The notes beneath the pieces are model-generated. The model searched no databases, was not told the DNA's origin, and was given only the letters and a program-made list of their open reading frames with translations. A DNA stretch of 63,471 bases, counting the filler, from Choristocarpus tenellus KU-1152 (Eukaryota; Protista; Phaeophyceae), in NCBI GenBank assembly GCA_964200185.2. It is 8 parts of 8 records of this genome, joined end to end, with 100 filler letters (N's around TTAATTAATTAA, not from the genome) between each part and the next. Parts side by side here need not be neighbours in the genome. Positions count along the whole stretch, not along the records: positions 1 to 9,094 come from CAXNAD020003989.1; positions 9,195 to 16,447 come from CAXNAD020006457.1; 6 more parts are not named here. The stretch is one strand, 5' to 3'. Position 1 is the stretch's first letter; every line of letters starts with the position of its first letter. Positions 1 to 12,600 of the stretch are shown here, one piece after another. Both the position numbers and the translations under genes were made by a program.

Positions 1-539
1 GTGAGCATTGAGGGGCGCCTGTAACATGGAGGTCCTACCGAGACCCTCTAGGATACTTCGAATCTTAACCTACATGTCTCAGCAATACAGGGGAAACCGT
101 ATTAGAACTCCTACCCCAAGTAGGCCTTAGGCCTACTTGGGGGACTGCTAAAACATGAGGGTAACACTTGTAACTAAAACAGAGACAGGGCAACTTCATG
201 GCAGGAAGGGCACACAAGGCCACCAATAGTACGCCTGAAAGGTGTAGATTTCCTGAATAAACAAAAAAAATATCATTTTGAGACTACTCGCCGAAGACTA
301 CTTCCCTAGTTGATATATTCCCCCAACCAGGGCTGTGCAGTCAAAGCAGGCCTAGAATTCACCGAACCTACATCGCATTCCATTGAACTAAAAACTAAAA
401 ACATGTCATTACGAACATCTAAAGCTCCCGTACCAAGCATTTTTCTTTAGGTCCTACTCTATTCCCCTCCACCAGGACTAGGTCCATAGATTATAATTGC
501 AGACAAATATCCCAAGGACAAAAATATTTGAAAGTCTCA

Positions 540-1020
540 AGCCAGGTTGGAACGCTGATGATGTAGATGCAAGGTGTCAGTCGAGAACCCAGAGGACATG
601 GCATTTCTACAGTTCTATAAATAGCCACAGGCTACAGGTCAGAGACCTCAGGGACAAAAAATCGACCAGGTTCACAGGCTACAGACGACTAGACCTCAGA
701 ATCCCGAAGGACTCGTTTTCCCAAGAATGAATTCAATGAAACAATCTCTGCTTTCAAGTCAGAAAAGCTCTCCATGGGGCATCCATGTTGCAGGCTGCCT
801 TTGAGTGTGCCCAAGTTCGTTGATGTAGACACGATTGTAGGCCAAGAACTATGTCACCAGCGGAGAAAATGGGGCGACAACTGGGATTATTTGAGATGTT
901 CAGTCCAGTATCATGCGGAATCCAGACACATCAAGAGACGGACGCGTGATCAATATGCCTGTATTGCTGTGATTCAGAAATGAAGTCGTCTTATTCGAGA
1001 ACCACGTGTGACGGACATGA
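540..1020 (+). mobile_element. Degenerate Ty1/Copia RT-RNaseH relic
   Basis: tgc ttt caa gtc aga aaa gct ctc cat ggg = CFQVRKALHG (Copia CxLxKALYG). VQYHAESRHIKRR resembles the RNase H HxRTKHI motif. Multiple stops and deletions. Confidence 0.5.
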
Positions 1021-1419
1021 AAGTATCATTGCCGCAATAATATCATGGTAATGATGAATGGATCACAACTAGCAATAAATATTTGCCAATCTCGGAACAT
1101 TATAGGCAGTAACTGTCACTTTATGGAGCCTGTAGTTGAAGCAGTTAGAATGCAACGAGTACTGCACCGTTGTACACACTGATGGGTCTCATTTATGACA
1201 GGTAGCGACAAGATCATCTACTCTCTATTTTTCCCTTCCTACGTTTATATGAATAGTTGTCACATGCCAGGTCATAACATGATTTACATGCACCTGGTTA
1301 GTATGCGCATACAATAAACAGTGTCTCGAAGGCAGGCGACCCAACACTATTATTGTTATAGTATAAATTTTCCTAGGAGCACTAAGAGCACTGGTAGGGC
1401 TAGTAGTCTTCCTTGGAAC

Positions 1420-1930
1420 ACTAATGGATAGCGCTCTTACTTGTCCAGATCTCATTGAGGTACAGCCAAGTATGTGTGGCGTATATAACATGTTTTGCAG
1501 ATGGGGAGGAACAAAATGTTGAAGAAACTGTTTGTGTTGGCCAGGTGGCCAGGGATGTGAAGGATGATGTATTATTTTGTATGAAAGAGTTTGGTCTGCC
1601 AAGGCGTAGACCGATGAAGTGCAAGCAACGCAATTCACTGGGGAGATCAGTCCTGAAGTAGAGAAAAACGACTCTGTCGGAGGAGAGAGAATTTCCAGGC
1701 ATATTGGGCGAAGGAAGGGACTCCAGGAAGCAGGAACTGGGATTTCGGGCACCAACTCACCCCCAAGCCCTGCTTCTGGCAGGGGGTGGGAAAGGGGAAA
1801 GGGGGAAGGGGGAAGGAGGGAGGAGAAGGGGGAAGGGAGGGTGGGTATTCTGAAGCTCGCTTCGTCCTGGGCAAGGTTGGTGTTGTGTGATCCCTCAGCA
1901 GTGTAAAGCGCGCCGGATCGCTTGCAAGGC
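1420..1930 (-). pseudogene. Decayed proline-rich/RING-finger coding relic, related to 62846-63401
   Basis: Pro-rich linker, then PICLEILSP, then (frameshift) ELRCLHF, then HPSHPWPPGQH. This parallels CPSCLESLSP...LPCGCSFH...HPSHAPTLEQH at 63250-63390. Confidence 0.4.
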
Positions 1931-2199
1931 ACTATTGTGCGAGGACCAGAGGACCAGAAAGACTTGCTCGAGCTCAGGAGACACTTGAATTGATATATAT
2001 CGAAGGAACTAGGTTCCTACTACTGCTACTTCGGATGTACAGCTATGTGGATCATTGTTTCGTATAGTTGTGTTGCACTGTCTATAATACAGTGTCATGA
2101 AAAAATTTAGGCGTTCCACCGTTACAATATTTCAAAACGTATGATAAGAGGGGGTTGGGAGGATATTTACACTCCTACTAACCGACCCAAACAGGCATC

Positions 2200-3100
2200 A
2201 TGGATTGTATTCCAAAGGTGGCGAGTTCGCCACCGAGGATCGCTGTACTTTCGCTGTGCAGTACGCTCTCTTTGTTACAGTGGGGAACCAGAACTACTTT
2301 GTGGAATGAAAACGGGACTTGCAGCTTGGTCTGAACTCTACCAACGTACAGAGAACATGGTGTAGGAGATGTTCTCTATGGCTGGCGAACTGCCACACTC
2401 TACAGCTTGGCATACCTCTTCGGTTGACGAGGCCTTTCGAACGGGATGCAGCTATTGATTTAGTGATCAAGTCGATCAGCGTCCATTTGTGCACCATCAT
2501 AACAAAATACCAGTTACACACTAACCTCAAGGATGCTGACATCGATCACTCAACCAGCCGATAGGTATAGACAAGCTATCGTTCTACACTATGGTTGAGG
2601 GGGAAGTAATCGGTGTGTTCCCTATGGAAGAGGTTACCGAGGCCCCACATGCTTGGCACTAGTCTTACGTCTCCTATGTGATGATGGTTGTGACCAATGC
2701 AATCCGCAACCCGACCCACAACCTCCATAGCAAGATATGCATCTGGTGTAACTGTGTGTACAAAAGACGACCTAAGGGCATCCACTTCCTCAATCAAGAG
2801 CAGTAAGGAGAGTTCAGACTTTCGGCCCATAGGAACCCCATCTAAATGGTGGTATACAACAACTCCAGAGTAGTATACAGTAATACAAGTGTGTGCTGCC
2901 TGGTTGCATGTAAATCTGTCTTGTATCTCCGCAACAACACCCCCGCACACCCAGAGAGGTCTCGTAGAGATTACAACAGTACTACATATACTGAAAACAC
3001 ATTCATTCCTTCGCATCAACCTTGAGAGTCAGATATCACGACCGCATAAGACTCAACCATCTCACTCTCAACTCCTCTAGGCTGCATTTCATCTGGACCT
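2200..3100 (+). mobile_element. Possible degenerate Copia gag/pre-integrase relic
   Basis: TGLAAWSELYQR resembles the Copia gag N-terminus and WLHVNLSCI resembles the WHxRLGH region. Fragmented by stops. Confidence 0.3.
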
Positions 3101-4880
3101 TGATTGGTCATTTGCTGTCACATCTTATCCGAGGCTCAATGAACTCATTGTCAAGTTTTGGGCTGAACATCATCCACGGGTGAGGGGTGTCAGGGGAAAG
3201 TGAAGAGGTTAACAGTGCAAGAAAATATCCCCCCCTGACCTCATGAACTCCAGCAGTGGAAGCAGAAGAGGGAAGCATAACTTGGTAGGGGTTCCCTACT
3301 CCCCTATACTGCAGTTTACCAACTATTGAAGGAAAAAAACACAAAGAGTAGTACACATAACGGATGACTGTCAAGGCTTAGATCACTAGCACGTATCCAG
3401 CTTTAGGCAGTGATTTCAAAACCTCTCTGAGTATTCTATACAAATCACTCCTTTGGTACTTAACTCAGTGAGAACAATTGATAGGTTAGTCCAAAAGAGA
3501 GATGTGAATTTAGCAACAAATTACAACACAGAATATATGTGTCTGCCCCACCAGTCAGTCAAAAGCAATGGAAGAGCACAACAAAAAGGTGCCTTACTCC
3601 CCGTCTATTAAACCCCACTCTGTAACTCACTCCTCAGTACTCTGGTCACCATTTTAGAACATGCACATACTTTTTCTCACAATGGGTATGTTTCTCCCTC
3701 ACCCTGTTGGTCTCACTTCTACCCTTCTTTCTTTGCAGCGAAGTTGGAAGTTATTTCACCTCTGACGCCAAGAGAGTCACATCATCTTCAATTTGTAATA
3801 TTTTTATCGTTCACACTTAGGAGATGCAAGCTTAGACACCTACTCTGACGTATGTTGTTGTTAGATACGTCTTGAGATAATCATCCACTTCATGGGAGAT
3901 AGCTAGAATAACTATGGCTACTACAGAGATGACTAATATGTACTATGGTGGCATCACAGGTACACAAAACAAGTTTGCAACCTCTACAGAGCATTTTCTA
4001 TTGTTCAATAAACTCACTTCTATGATACGTAAGACATACCCCACTTACTGCAATCCCCCTTAACCACCCCTCCCCAACCCTTAACCTACTTCCTATGGCA
4101 ATGCCAGTACCAAAAAGACCTCACAAACTCAAGTTCAATTTTCCATACATACTGTATCCCTAGACACAAAACGATAACACTTAGTGCAAGAATTGTTCTA
4201 CATTGTATCGAATCTTAAAATAACACTATTTTTACTAACCTTGCCACAATATATCAAGAGGGCATAATCCATTTACTGCCTATCAACACTTAGGACAGGT
4301 CAACCAGAGCATGTGGCATTATTGGTCTACCACAGTCACCCTTTAAAACCCTGGTAAAGACTTTCTTCGAAATTTCTAGACCAGATTTTCAAGCTTTACG
4401 AGTTAGCTACCCTGTCAAGTAGCTGCTCTATCTTGAGCACGCTTCACAACATCTACTTGAGGAGAAGAGCTCACAACACTCGATGCTAGGAACGCAACTA
4501 TTATGCTTAACACTCAAACGTACATCCTATCAAGCAAGGCAACCTGTATCCAGGCCACAATCACCTCACAAGACCCAAAAAACATCCAATACTACCTCAC
4601 ACACCTTCCCATCAACTTTTAGTCAAGAGGGGTACATCTCTGGACCGGGCATTAACAACCTTTGTATGCCCCAAGCACTGCTAGAGGAACAACCCATGAA
4701 ACATAACATGGCAATTTTATTGCTCACCAAGATGACTTACAACAAACCTGACAAACCCAACCAAAAGCCTTTGAGCTGTGCCAAAAATCCTGAAACTGAC
4801 AAAAAAAGACTACCCAGCAGGCAAAACCCAAATTTCTTCACAAAATGGTCAACCCCTGAAAATGTCGATCTCTATTTCCC

Positions 4881-7513
4881 TCACCACCACCACCAGTTCG
4901 ACTTGTGTTCAACAATCTCTTTCAAAATTCCTCCAAGTGAGGGCATATTAAGCCCTCCCCACAGTTCTGCTGCATCCATCTCACCCTCTGCTACCACACC
5001 CCCAGCTGCCGCTGCAGCTGCCCCAGCCCCAAGCGTGGTCCGCAACATAGGCCCCACAGAGGACCAAGCACAGGCAGCAACAATAAATATTGCTCCAACT
5101 CCAGTATTCCAGCCAACAGACTCCCCCAGCAGGGCAGCAGCAAAGGCTGCGCCCCACAGTGGCTCTGTGGAGAATATTACTGTCGACTCTGCGGCTGAGA
5201 GGCTTTTCATTGCCACAGTCTCACCATACACAGTGATCGCTGTTGTAACAAGCCCAGTCCAAAGAAGGGCCAGTGGCACGGCATACCACTCAGTGTGCAG
5301 TGTTAAACCTGCATTGGATGCAGCTGCTGCCACAGGCCCAGCAATAAGGGTGCTCCACAGGGCTCCAAGAGAGGCTGGTATGTCTCCAGCCTGTATGCAC
5401 CACATCAAGGACAGCGCAACCACAGCAAGAAGCTGAGCAGCTACCAGTCCTAAGGTGTCATCTGGGAACTGTCTCGTGAAATGCTCTGTCCTCCAAAACC
5501 CCAGGCCAAAGCTGAGGGAAATATAGGTGTGGGGGTGAGTTCATGGTATATATTAGTGTTGTGGAAGCTATTTAAATGAGTCGTTAGGGATGTGTGGTTA
5601 GAACAGTGGACTTGGCTCATCATCAAAGTTGCGCTTCTTAGTACTTGAAAACATTCTAAAGCGATAATATTGCAATGTTTTGTCTTGGAAGACAAACAAA
5701 ATAGAGCCTGGATGTACTCACTGTGCATGCACAAAAGAATGGAAGGACAAAAACTCACCATATAGGTTGTACCATCGCCCACAGGTCTCCAATGGTTGGT
5801 CCCCCATCCCCACCTGTGAGTTCAAGACACGCAACACCTAATGTTGCCATGATCGCAGGAAACCATGGGCCATCCATCACGTCCAATATGTTCATCCAAC
5901 CCTCTCCTGTCAATCCTGTGGACACTGATGGTGGAGCAAGTTCCATTAGTATTTGCTCGCCCTCTCCAAGTCCCTCCTGTCTGTCTCCTCTCTGCTCGTC
6001 AACTCCTGGCATCAACTTTGTAAAGGCTGAGTCTAGGAGGGGCACCAAAACCACAGCAAGGCTGCAGATGAAAGCTGATTTGGACGCTGTAGTTGTCATG
6101 AGGGACTGAGATTGGGCCCAGTAACCCACTGCATTAACTACACCAATCTGTCAACAAAATGAGAGACGTATCACAGGGTGATCAGCCGATGAAATATTCG
6201 CAAGAGGTAGCACAGACATGGCATTTCAAGAGAAGAATAGCAAAGCAGCAAAGAAACGTTGCACACCAGGAGAGGCATCCGAGGTCTGCTGAAAGAGCTG
6301 TAACAGTAATATTTTCAAGCACAAGTAAATCTGGAGAGAAAGTAGGGTGTTTGCGCAAAATGAAATTCACTATCGAAAAAGTCTCATGTATCACCCCATC
6401 ATATAGTATTAGAACTACCATGTTGATATATAAGACTCTTTTCGATAGTGAATTACATTTTGCGTAAACACCCTAGTATAAAATTACTAACAACCACATG
6501 ATATTAATGACTACAGGGAAACTGAGGTTGGTCACTAGGCGAATCATTAGCCTGTATTGTCTCAGAACAAGGAACTACCCGTCCAGCATGCACTAGCAAC
6601 ACATTGATCTCACACACCTCGATACCGGCTTTGAGCACCGCCGGCGAAGTCCTCACGAGGGAGGGTAAGAACGGAACGAGGGCTACGGAAAATCGAAGGG
6701 CAGCAGCTAAGCTTATGGGGACTGACTCCTCCAGGAGCTTCACGCAGCCAAAATTTGTGCCGTAGAGTGCGGCAACACCCGCCAAGAGACCTCGCGAGAC
6801 CCACACTCCTAGCCCAGTGTCAGTAATTGGATCAAATTTTGGTAGAGTCTCATACCCCGCATCCGTCATCGTCGAAGGCCCAGACACAATTGTTGAGACA
6901 GCAGTGTCAGGCTGTCGAACAGGTTGCATTTCCACGTCCTCAGCAATATGCCCCGTGTCACTGCTTATTGTCCTGCGGAGTAGCTCTAATTCTGCAACTA
7001 GTTCATCAGCTTCGTTGTCTTCAGCCACCTTCGTAACTTCTGCCGAGGACGAAACTAACTTCTCCAAGTTATCCCTATCAATGGTGGGCGAAATGACGGA
7101 CCCGGTTCGACCAACAAGTGGCAGACATGGATTGTTGCAACGTCCTCGCGATGTCACCAGCGTGCTACTGCTTCCCCATGCCCGAAAGGCCTTTTTGGGG
7201 GAACCAGCAAATCCCTCACAGAGCTCAGTCGAAATGAGGCATATCGCTGAATCGTGGGTGGATAGGGAAAAAGGTTGAAATATGTCGGTTCGATATTAGG
7301 TGTCAAACTACCATTAATATTTTTTAACACTTCACTATACTGGGTAGGAAACACGACGAGAACATGGAAAGAGAAAAAGTATACACGATGATGTAGATCA
7401 GCTTCCCTCCATGTCGGAACTAGCTTGCCCCTCCCTCTGGTTTTACCGAGTAGTGCCGAAAAAAACGAAAAGGTGGGCTTACCAGCGCAAAGCTTAATCG
7501 ATGAAGTCCACAT
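4881..7513 (-). CDS. EamA/DMT-superfamily transporter, probably plastid-targeted; complete, 4 exons, 559 aa
   Basis: Exons 7513-7483, 7246-6618, 6147-5759 and 5511-4881, all GT-AG, total 1680 nt in frame. Motifs LYGTNFGCVK, AALRF, TTTASKSAFICSLAVVLVPLLD and SAAESTVIFSTEPLWGA. N-terminus MWTSSIKLCAAICLISTELCEG-F looks like a signal peptide followed by Phe. Confidence 0.9.
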
Positions 7514-8059
7514 CCTTCAGGTTGATAGCCTTGGCACTCTCGGTTTTGATTATGAAGATGTGGCAGTATCACGTGAATCTGTTCCCATGTGTGTACCCTT
7601 ACAAACAACACTGAAAGGGGACTTGAAATCCACACCAGATGTTAGGATTCCATCTGTTCCGTCATCTCCATTTTTTTTTTCCGGGTATCAACTTATGACG
7701 TGGCAGATTGTAATCCTTCTTAGCCTATGACACCCATAATATAATTTATTATTTATCACCAGTCATTGGTTCTACTTCAAGATGAAGTGGGTTGTTTAAC
7801 AAAGACCACAAATAAAATAACCTACAATACGTATTACTTACTATATAAATTAAGTAATATGGATGATTACAAATTAACTGAATCATTGATTTGTGTGTAT
7901 TGTCGTTTAGTTACAGATTGACGTTTATGATCAAGAGTATTGCTCTGTTGACTGTGATATACTCCATCCTATCCTTACCAAGTTTGGAGTATTTGAAAAG
8001 AAATCACCTCAGTCGTCCACTAATTCCATGGTGGAATGGAGAGATTCAGAAAAGATGGT

Positions 8060-8400
8060 GGGCATTGTATGGGTTGGATGTCAGGCAACGTGTTTGGCAA
8101 GTGCTTGTTCTTATTGCTCCCTTTTCAACATCTTCAGTGCAGTGTTAAGCACAACACCAGTTAAGGAGTTCGACTCTGAGCCAGATAATCTCGAAGGATT
8201 TGGTTATCAAGGGAGATGCGGAAAACAAGCAAGTCAGAGGTGGAGTGACAAGGACTTAGTTAACACTTGAGGAGTGCCTGTGGAGAATGGTCTGTGCTAA
8301 AGATGCGGATATTGTGTCCTGGAGCCAAGGAAGTCTGGGCAGAATGACAACAAAAGATTGTGAAGGTCGAGAGTTCATTTGTGCTAACTGTGTCGAAGTT
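8060..8400 (+). pseudogene. Decayed PHD-finger-like relics
   Basis: IVWVGCQATC...CSYC and CGEW/(frameshift)CAKDADIV...EFICANC resemble PHD WVxC and FxCxxC motifs. Broken by stops and frameshifts. Confidence 0.3.
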
Positions 8401-9094
8401 AAAGTCAGAGATCATGTGACTTCGACCCCCCAACAAGGCCGACATTATACAAATATGGGTTTGGACAAGCACTACCCAGCAGACTGACAAACATGTTGAT
8501 CTTGGAGGCAACATCAGTGGTGAAACTGGTATCACTGGTAATATCAGTCGTCAGATTCAAAAAGTGTAGGGTTTTTTCCGCAAGCACAGCGAAGTACTTT
8601 ATGATAGATCCACGGGTGTATCACTTTAAAAGAAAATGTGATACCCGGTGCCTTCAAATCGAACAGCATGATGATGACACGCCCAGAGATTGTACTTCTA
8701 TCTTCTCTACTCCCTTCCGAATAAAACCCTCAGCCCTCCCACTACACCGAGTCATCAGCTCATCCAGGAACTGATATTGAGGTCAAAAGTACGAATGTCA
8801 AATGGACCCTTGAAGTGGTTGTGCTTACAGGGCATGACAATTGCAGCATCCATGGCCATACGGTTGTTCGTATGGAGTATTTTTGCTTTAGATGGGAGTC
8901 CGCTGTTAAAACCTTTAATTTAATTATTTGTTGGTTCTGGTGAAGTGCTCTGTGTAGAGACTTGAAATCTTTTAGGTCGAAGAGGTAATCCAGTGTGTTG
9001 AAACACTGGTGGAATTCAGGCTCAAAGTACCTGGGAAGGGGGGGCTGTAGTTGATGGATTGTGATTGTGTTACAGCGTGCCCCATAACTCACCT

Positions 9095-9194
9095 NNNNNN
9101 NNNNNNNNNNNNNNNNNNNNNNNNNNNNNNNNNNNNNNTTAATTAATTAANNNNNNNNNNNNNNNNNNNNNNNNNNNNNNNNNNNNNNNNNNNN
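9095..9194. other. Artificial contig-joining spacer
   Basis: N44-TTAATTAATTAA-N44, stops in all six frames; identical at seven positions. Confidence 0.98.
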
Positions 9195-9691
9195 GGGGGG
9201 GATCGGTGGAATTAAATGTTGACTAAGTGTGGGGCATATGTTGAGTTGTTGCTTGTTGAAACCTGTGTCAACAGTAGATCTTTGGCAGTTGTAGATATGC
9301 AGCCAAGCAAAGCAACCTAGGAGTGAAAGCAGTGACCATATCAAAGAATGGCAACATATCTTCAAACTTTACAAATGAAAGTGTGCATTTCCATTTGCCT
9401 TCCCTTAGCTGCTGAGGTTGTGGTTAGTGCAAAATTAAAAAGGACGAAGGGCAGGAGGTTACATATATTGGAATATATCGTACATCACCAAAATATCGAC
9501 TTTCAATGATATATCGCACTTAATAAGTAGCGTGTATGGCATAGACTACTCCTGATCATCCGATGCACAATACAAACAATGGGCATTTTTTCCGTGTCTG
9601 TGACTGTCACTGCTGTGGGGTTGTGACATTGTAACTGGGTGGGTGCGGTTGGGAATGACACATGGGGCTGGGGGTGTTCTCCCTTTGACAG

Positions 9692-12600
9692 GCTGTGTTC
9701 ACTCAAGAACAGATTGACTGCGTTGTTGAAGATATCCAGGAAAGGGCAAGATATAGAACCAGACAGAGTAAGCAGTTCTTCACTGACAAGGAATGGGAAC
9801 TGATTGACCAGGTAGGTTTGCAAGTCTTCTCCTCATATCCAGGACATATGTGGGAGTGCTTTTCCAGATGCTGTCTCAGATGCTGGTCTTGCACTCTTTG
9901 GTCTTCAGGGGATGACCTGACCTTTTCACAAAGCAGATGCTTGAAAGAAGCTACCTAGAGTAATCCTCTGCATAATTGCATGCGAGAAGAGCGAAAGTAT
10001 CTTAGAGGGTACGAGTTTTGCCCTGCTTGTCCATCTGGGGCTTGACTTCCCATGGGTTCTTTTATGACATTTTTCCTACTCAAAAATGTTTAGGAGCAGG
10101 TAAAGTGTATGTGTTTTGAAAACGTGTCCGGAACATGAATATTGACTCTTGCTAACAAACACGATAGTCAAAATTACATCAAAATCGTAACATTGGATTT
10201 TGGCCCCCAAATGGACACAGCTCTACCCTCTAAGATACTTTGGCTCAGGAAGACTCAAAACCAAAGATCCCCTGATCTTTCCTCTAGCTGTCCTCGTCTC
10301 CTCCCCCAAATCCGTTTCTCTCTCACTCACTTGCAATCCCCAATTGTGTCAGGCAGTGGCTGAAGTAGGTGAGTATGCTCAGGTGTATGTATCGCGAGCA
10401 GTGGCGGGCGACACTGGGATGCACCTTGCGCTGCGCCTCGGCAGTTTGAAGGCGGCTCAGGTATACTCAGTCACATTGCACTTACAGGACTACTTCCCCT
10501 CTCTTTCCAAATAGGGATCTCGAGAAGGTGTGTATATACCAAGAAAGAGTAGCTCAAGCATCAGGTATTCACACAACTAGTCCACTCCACCCAACCCCAC
10601 CCATCTCTCTCTTCCCTTTGCCCACCAATACCAAATGGACATCACCTCGTCTTGAAGACTTTCTCAATTTGGGTATTTCAAAGCCAACTGCCAAAAAGGC
10701 TGTGGTAATGTTTACAGAATGAAGAGGTGAATGAATGTTGGTACTTGCTGTATCAAACAAAACCATTGACTCTCCTCCTTTATGCATCCTACACGTACGT
10801 TTTGGAGGACTTGTTTGCAGTGGCTAAACGGCTGACATAGAAGCACATTTACACCTTACAGACACAGTAACACAACAAACATCTGTATAGAAGACTAATG
10901 CACCTGTACTTCTCGTTGGAGTAGACTTACAATATTCCGGGGTGATACAGCACAAAGACAAATCACCAAAAGAAATATTTCGTCCCCTACACCAACCCAT
11001 ACTCCCCACCTTTCCTTATATCCTTCATGCAGTACTTCTGCGGGGGTACAATGATAATAAGAACCCAATCCGCCCCTATAGGTTTTTGCAGAAGAAGGAG
11101 GCGACGCAGCCATCACCAATAGCGAAGGAGAGTCCGTATTCGGTATCTTTCGGTGAGGAGCTCCTTTTTTCTAGCTGCACAGCCCTTTCATACCCCATTC
11201 CACACACCCTGCAGAAATATTTTGAAACATTGCACAGCACATGGCTAATGGATATGCACCATTATGGGGCTGCAGTGACAGGGCTGTACTGCCCAAGGAG
11301 AAAACAATGAGAGTGAAAGTATCTTAGAGGGTACCAGCTTTGCGCTTTTTTGTCCATTTGGGACTTGACTTCCCACGGGGTTTTTTATTTCATTTTCCTA
11401 TTCCAAAATGTTTCGGAGGAGGTAAAATGTGTTCATTTTGGAGTAGGTATCATGCATATGTCTGGAACAAGGATATTTTTACACTTCCGAACAAAAATGA
11501 TGTCCAAATGACTTCAAAATAGCAAAATTGGATTTTGACCCCCAAATGGACGTGGCTCTACCCTCTAAGATACTTTGACTCTGAGCAAAATGTATTTAGG
11601 ACACACCTGCCTCCTAGCAAGGGAGTCTCCTAGAGCATCAAACGGCAGTCCTGATACAACAGATATATCCTCCTTCTCCCCTACGCCAGCAAATAACCCC
11701 TTGTGTGTGACCTTCTGTTGTGGATATTTGCTTGTCTCAGAACCAACTTCTCGAAGGTCTTAGGGATAGTTCAGCGGAATCATCTCCTTTTTGTCCAGTC
11801 ACAGAGCTCTTGTGGGGCAAAGCTCACAGAGGAGGAAGAGGTGTGTAAAGGGAAGACAAAAAAGACCTTAAACTCCACACAAGTACACAGGTCATATGCA
11901 ACACTGACTGTCTCACCTATTTAGTGTTATCCACTACAACATTCAGAGGTGCATTTATTTGAGAAGGACGGAATGGTTCGACTTACACCCAATTCTTCCG
12001 AGTTGTTGTAACTGAGCTGCTGTGAGTCAATCTTGGTCATTAACAGCAAATGGACAGTACATAGATGTGGAGCTCCCTCGTAAGCTGTCTCCTTATTTCT
12101 GAGTATGTTGCCTGATGATTAGCCCCAGTCACATCTATGTTGGGAAAAGAGATCTGTCCAGAGTTGAGGCACTCAGAGGGGTGTAAGAAAATATATATTA
12201 TCTGATACTAGCATCCTTGTACCTTGTTCACTGTTGCAAATACAACAGTATTTCATCTCAATTCACTGTACTCATGTATTGATGTGCTTGAGTACTTGAT
12301 CGAAGAGGAAAGGGGCTATATTTCTCTTCTCCACAAATAATTGACGATTTTGACTCATTCCTGTACGGCACGGTGCTTCTATGTTTAGGACATCCTGTAG
12401 GGGGGACGGCATTTTGACTTGCAACACGATGTGCTATATGTCACCACTGGTATAATCCTCTCTCCTTCCTCAAGTTCATCTACCATCAGCAAAACACCAA
12501 GGAGGCCTCACATTGCCTATACCATCAACTTGACTTCCCCTAATTCTTAGTAAGGTTTTCCCTACTACTCTGGCCATCATTTTCCATCTTCATCACCCCC

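Noticed and set aside
4483-5436. 317-aa plus-strand ORF (and similar antisense ORFs at 51-54 kb and 56-58 kb)
   Set aside because: These are shadows of well-supported genes on the opposite strand and have no motifs of their own.
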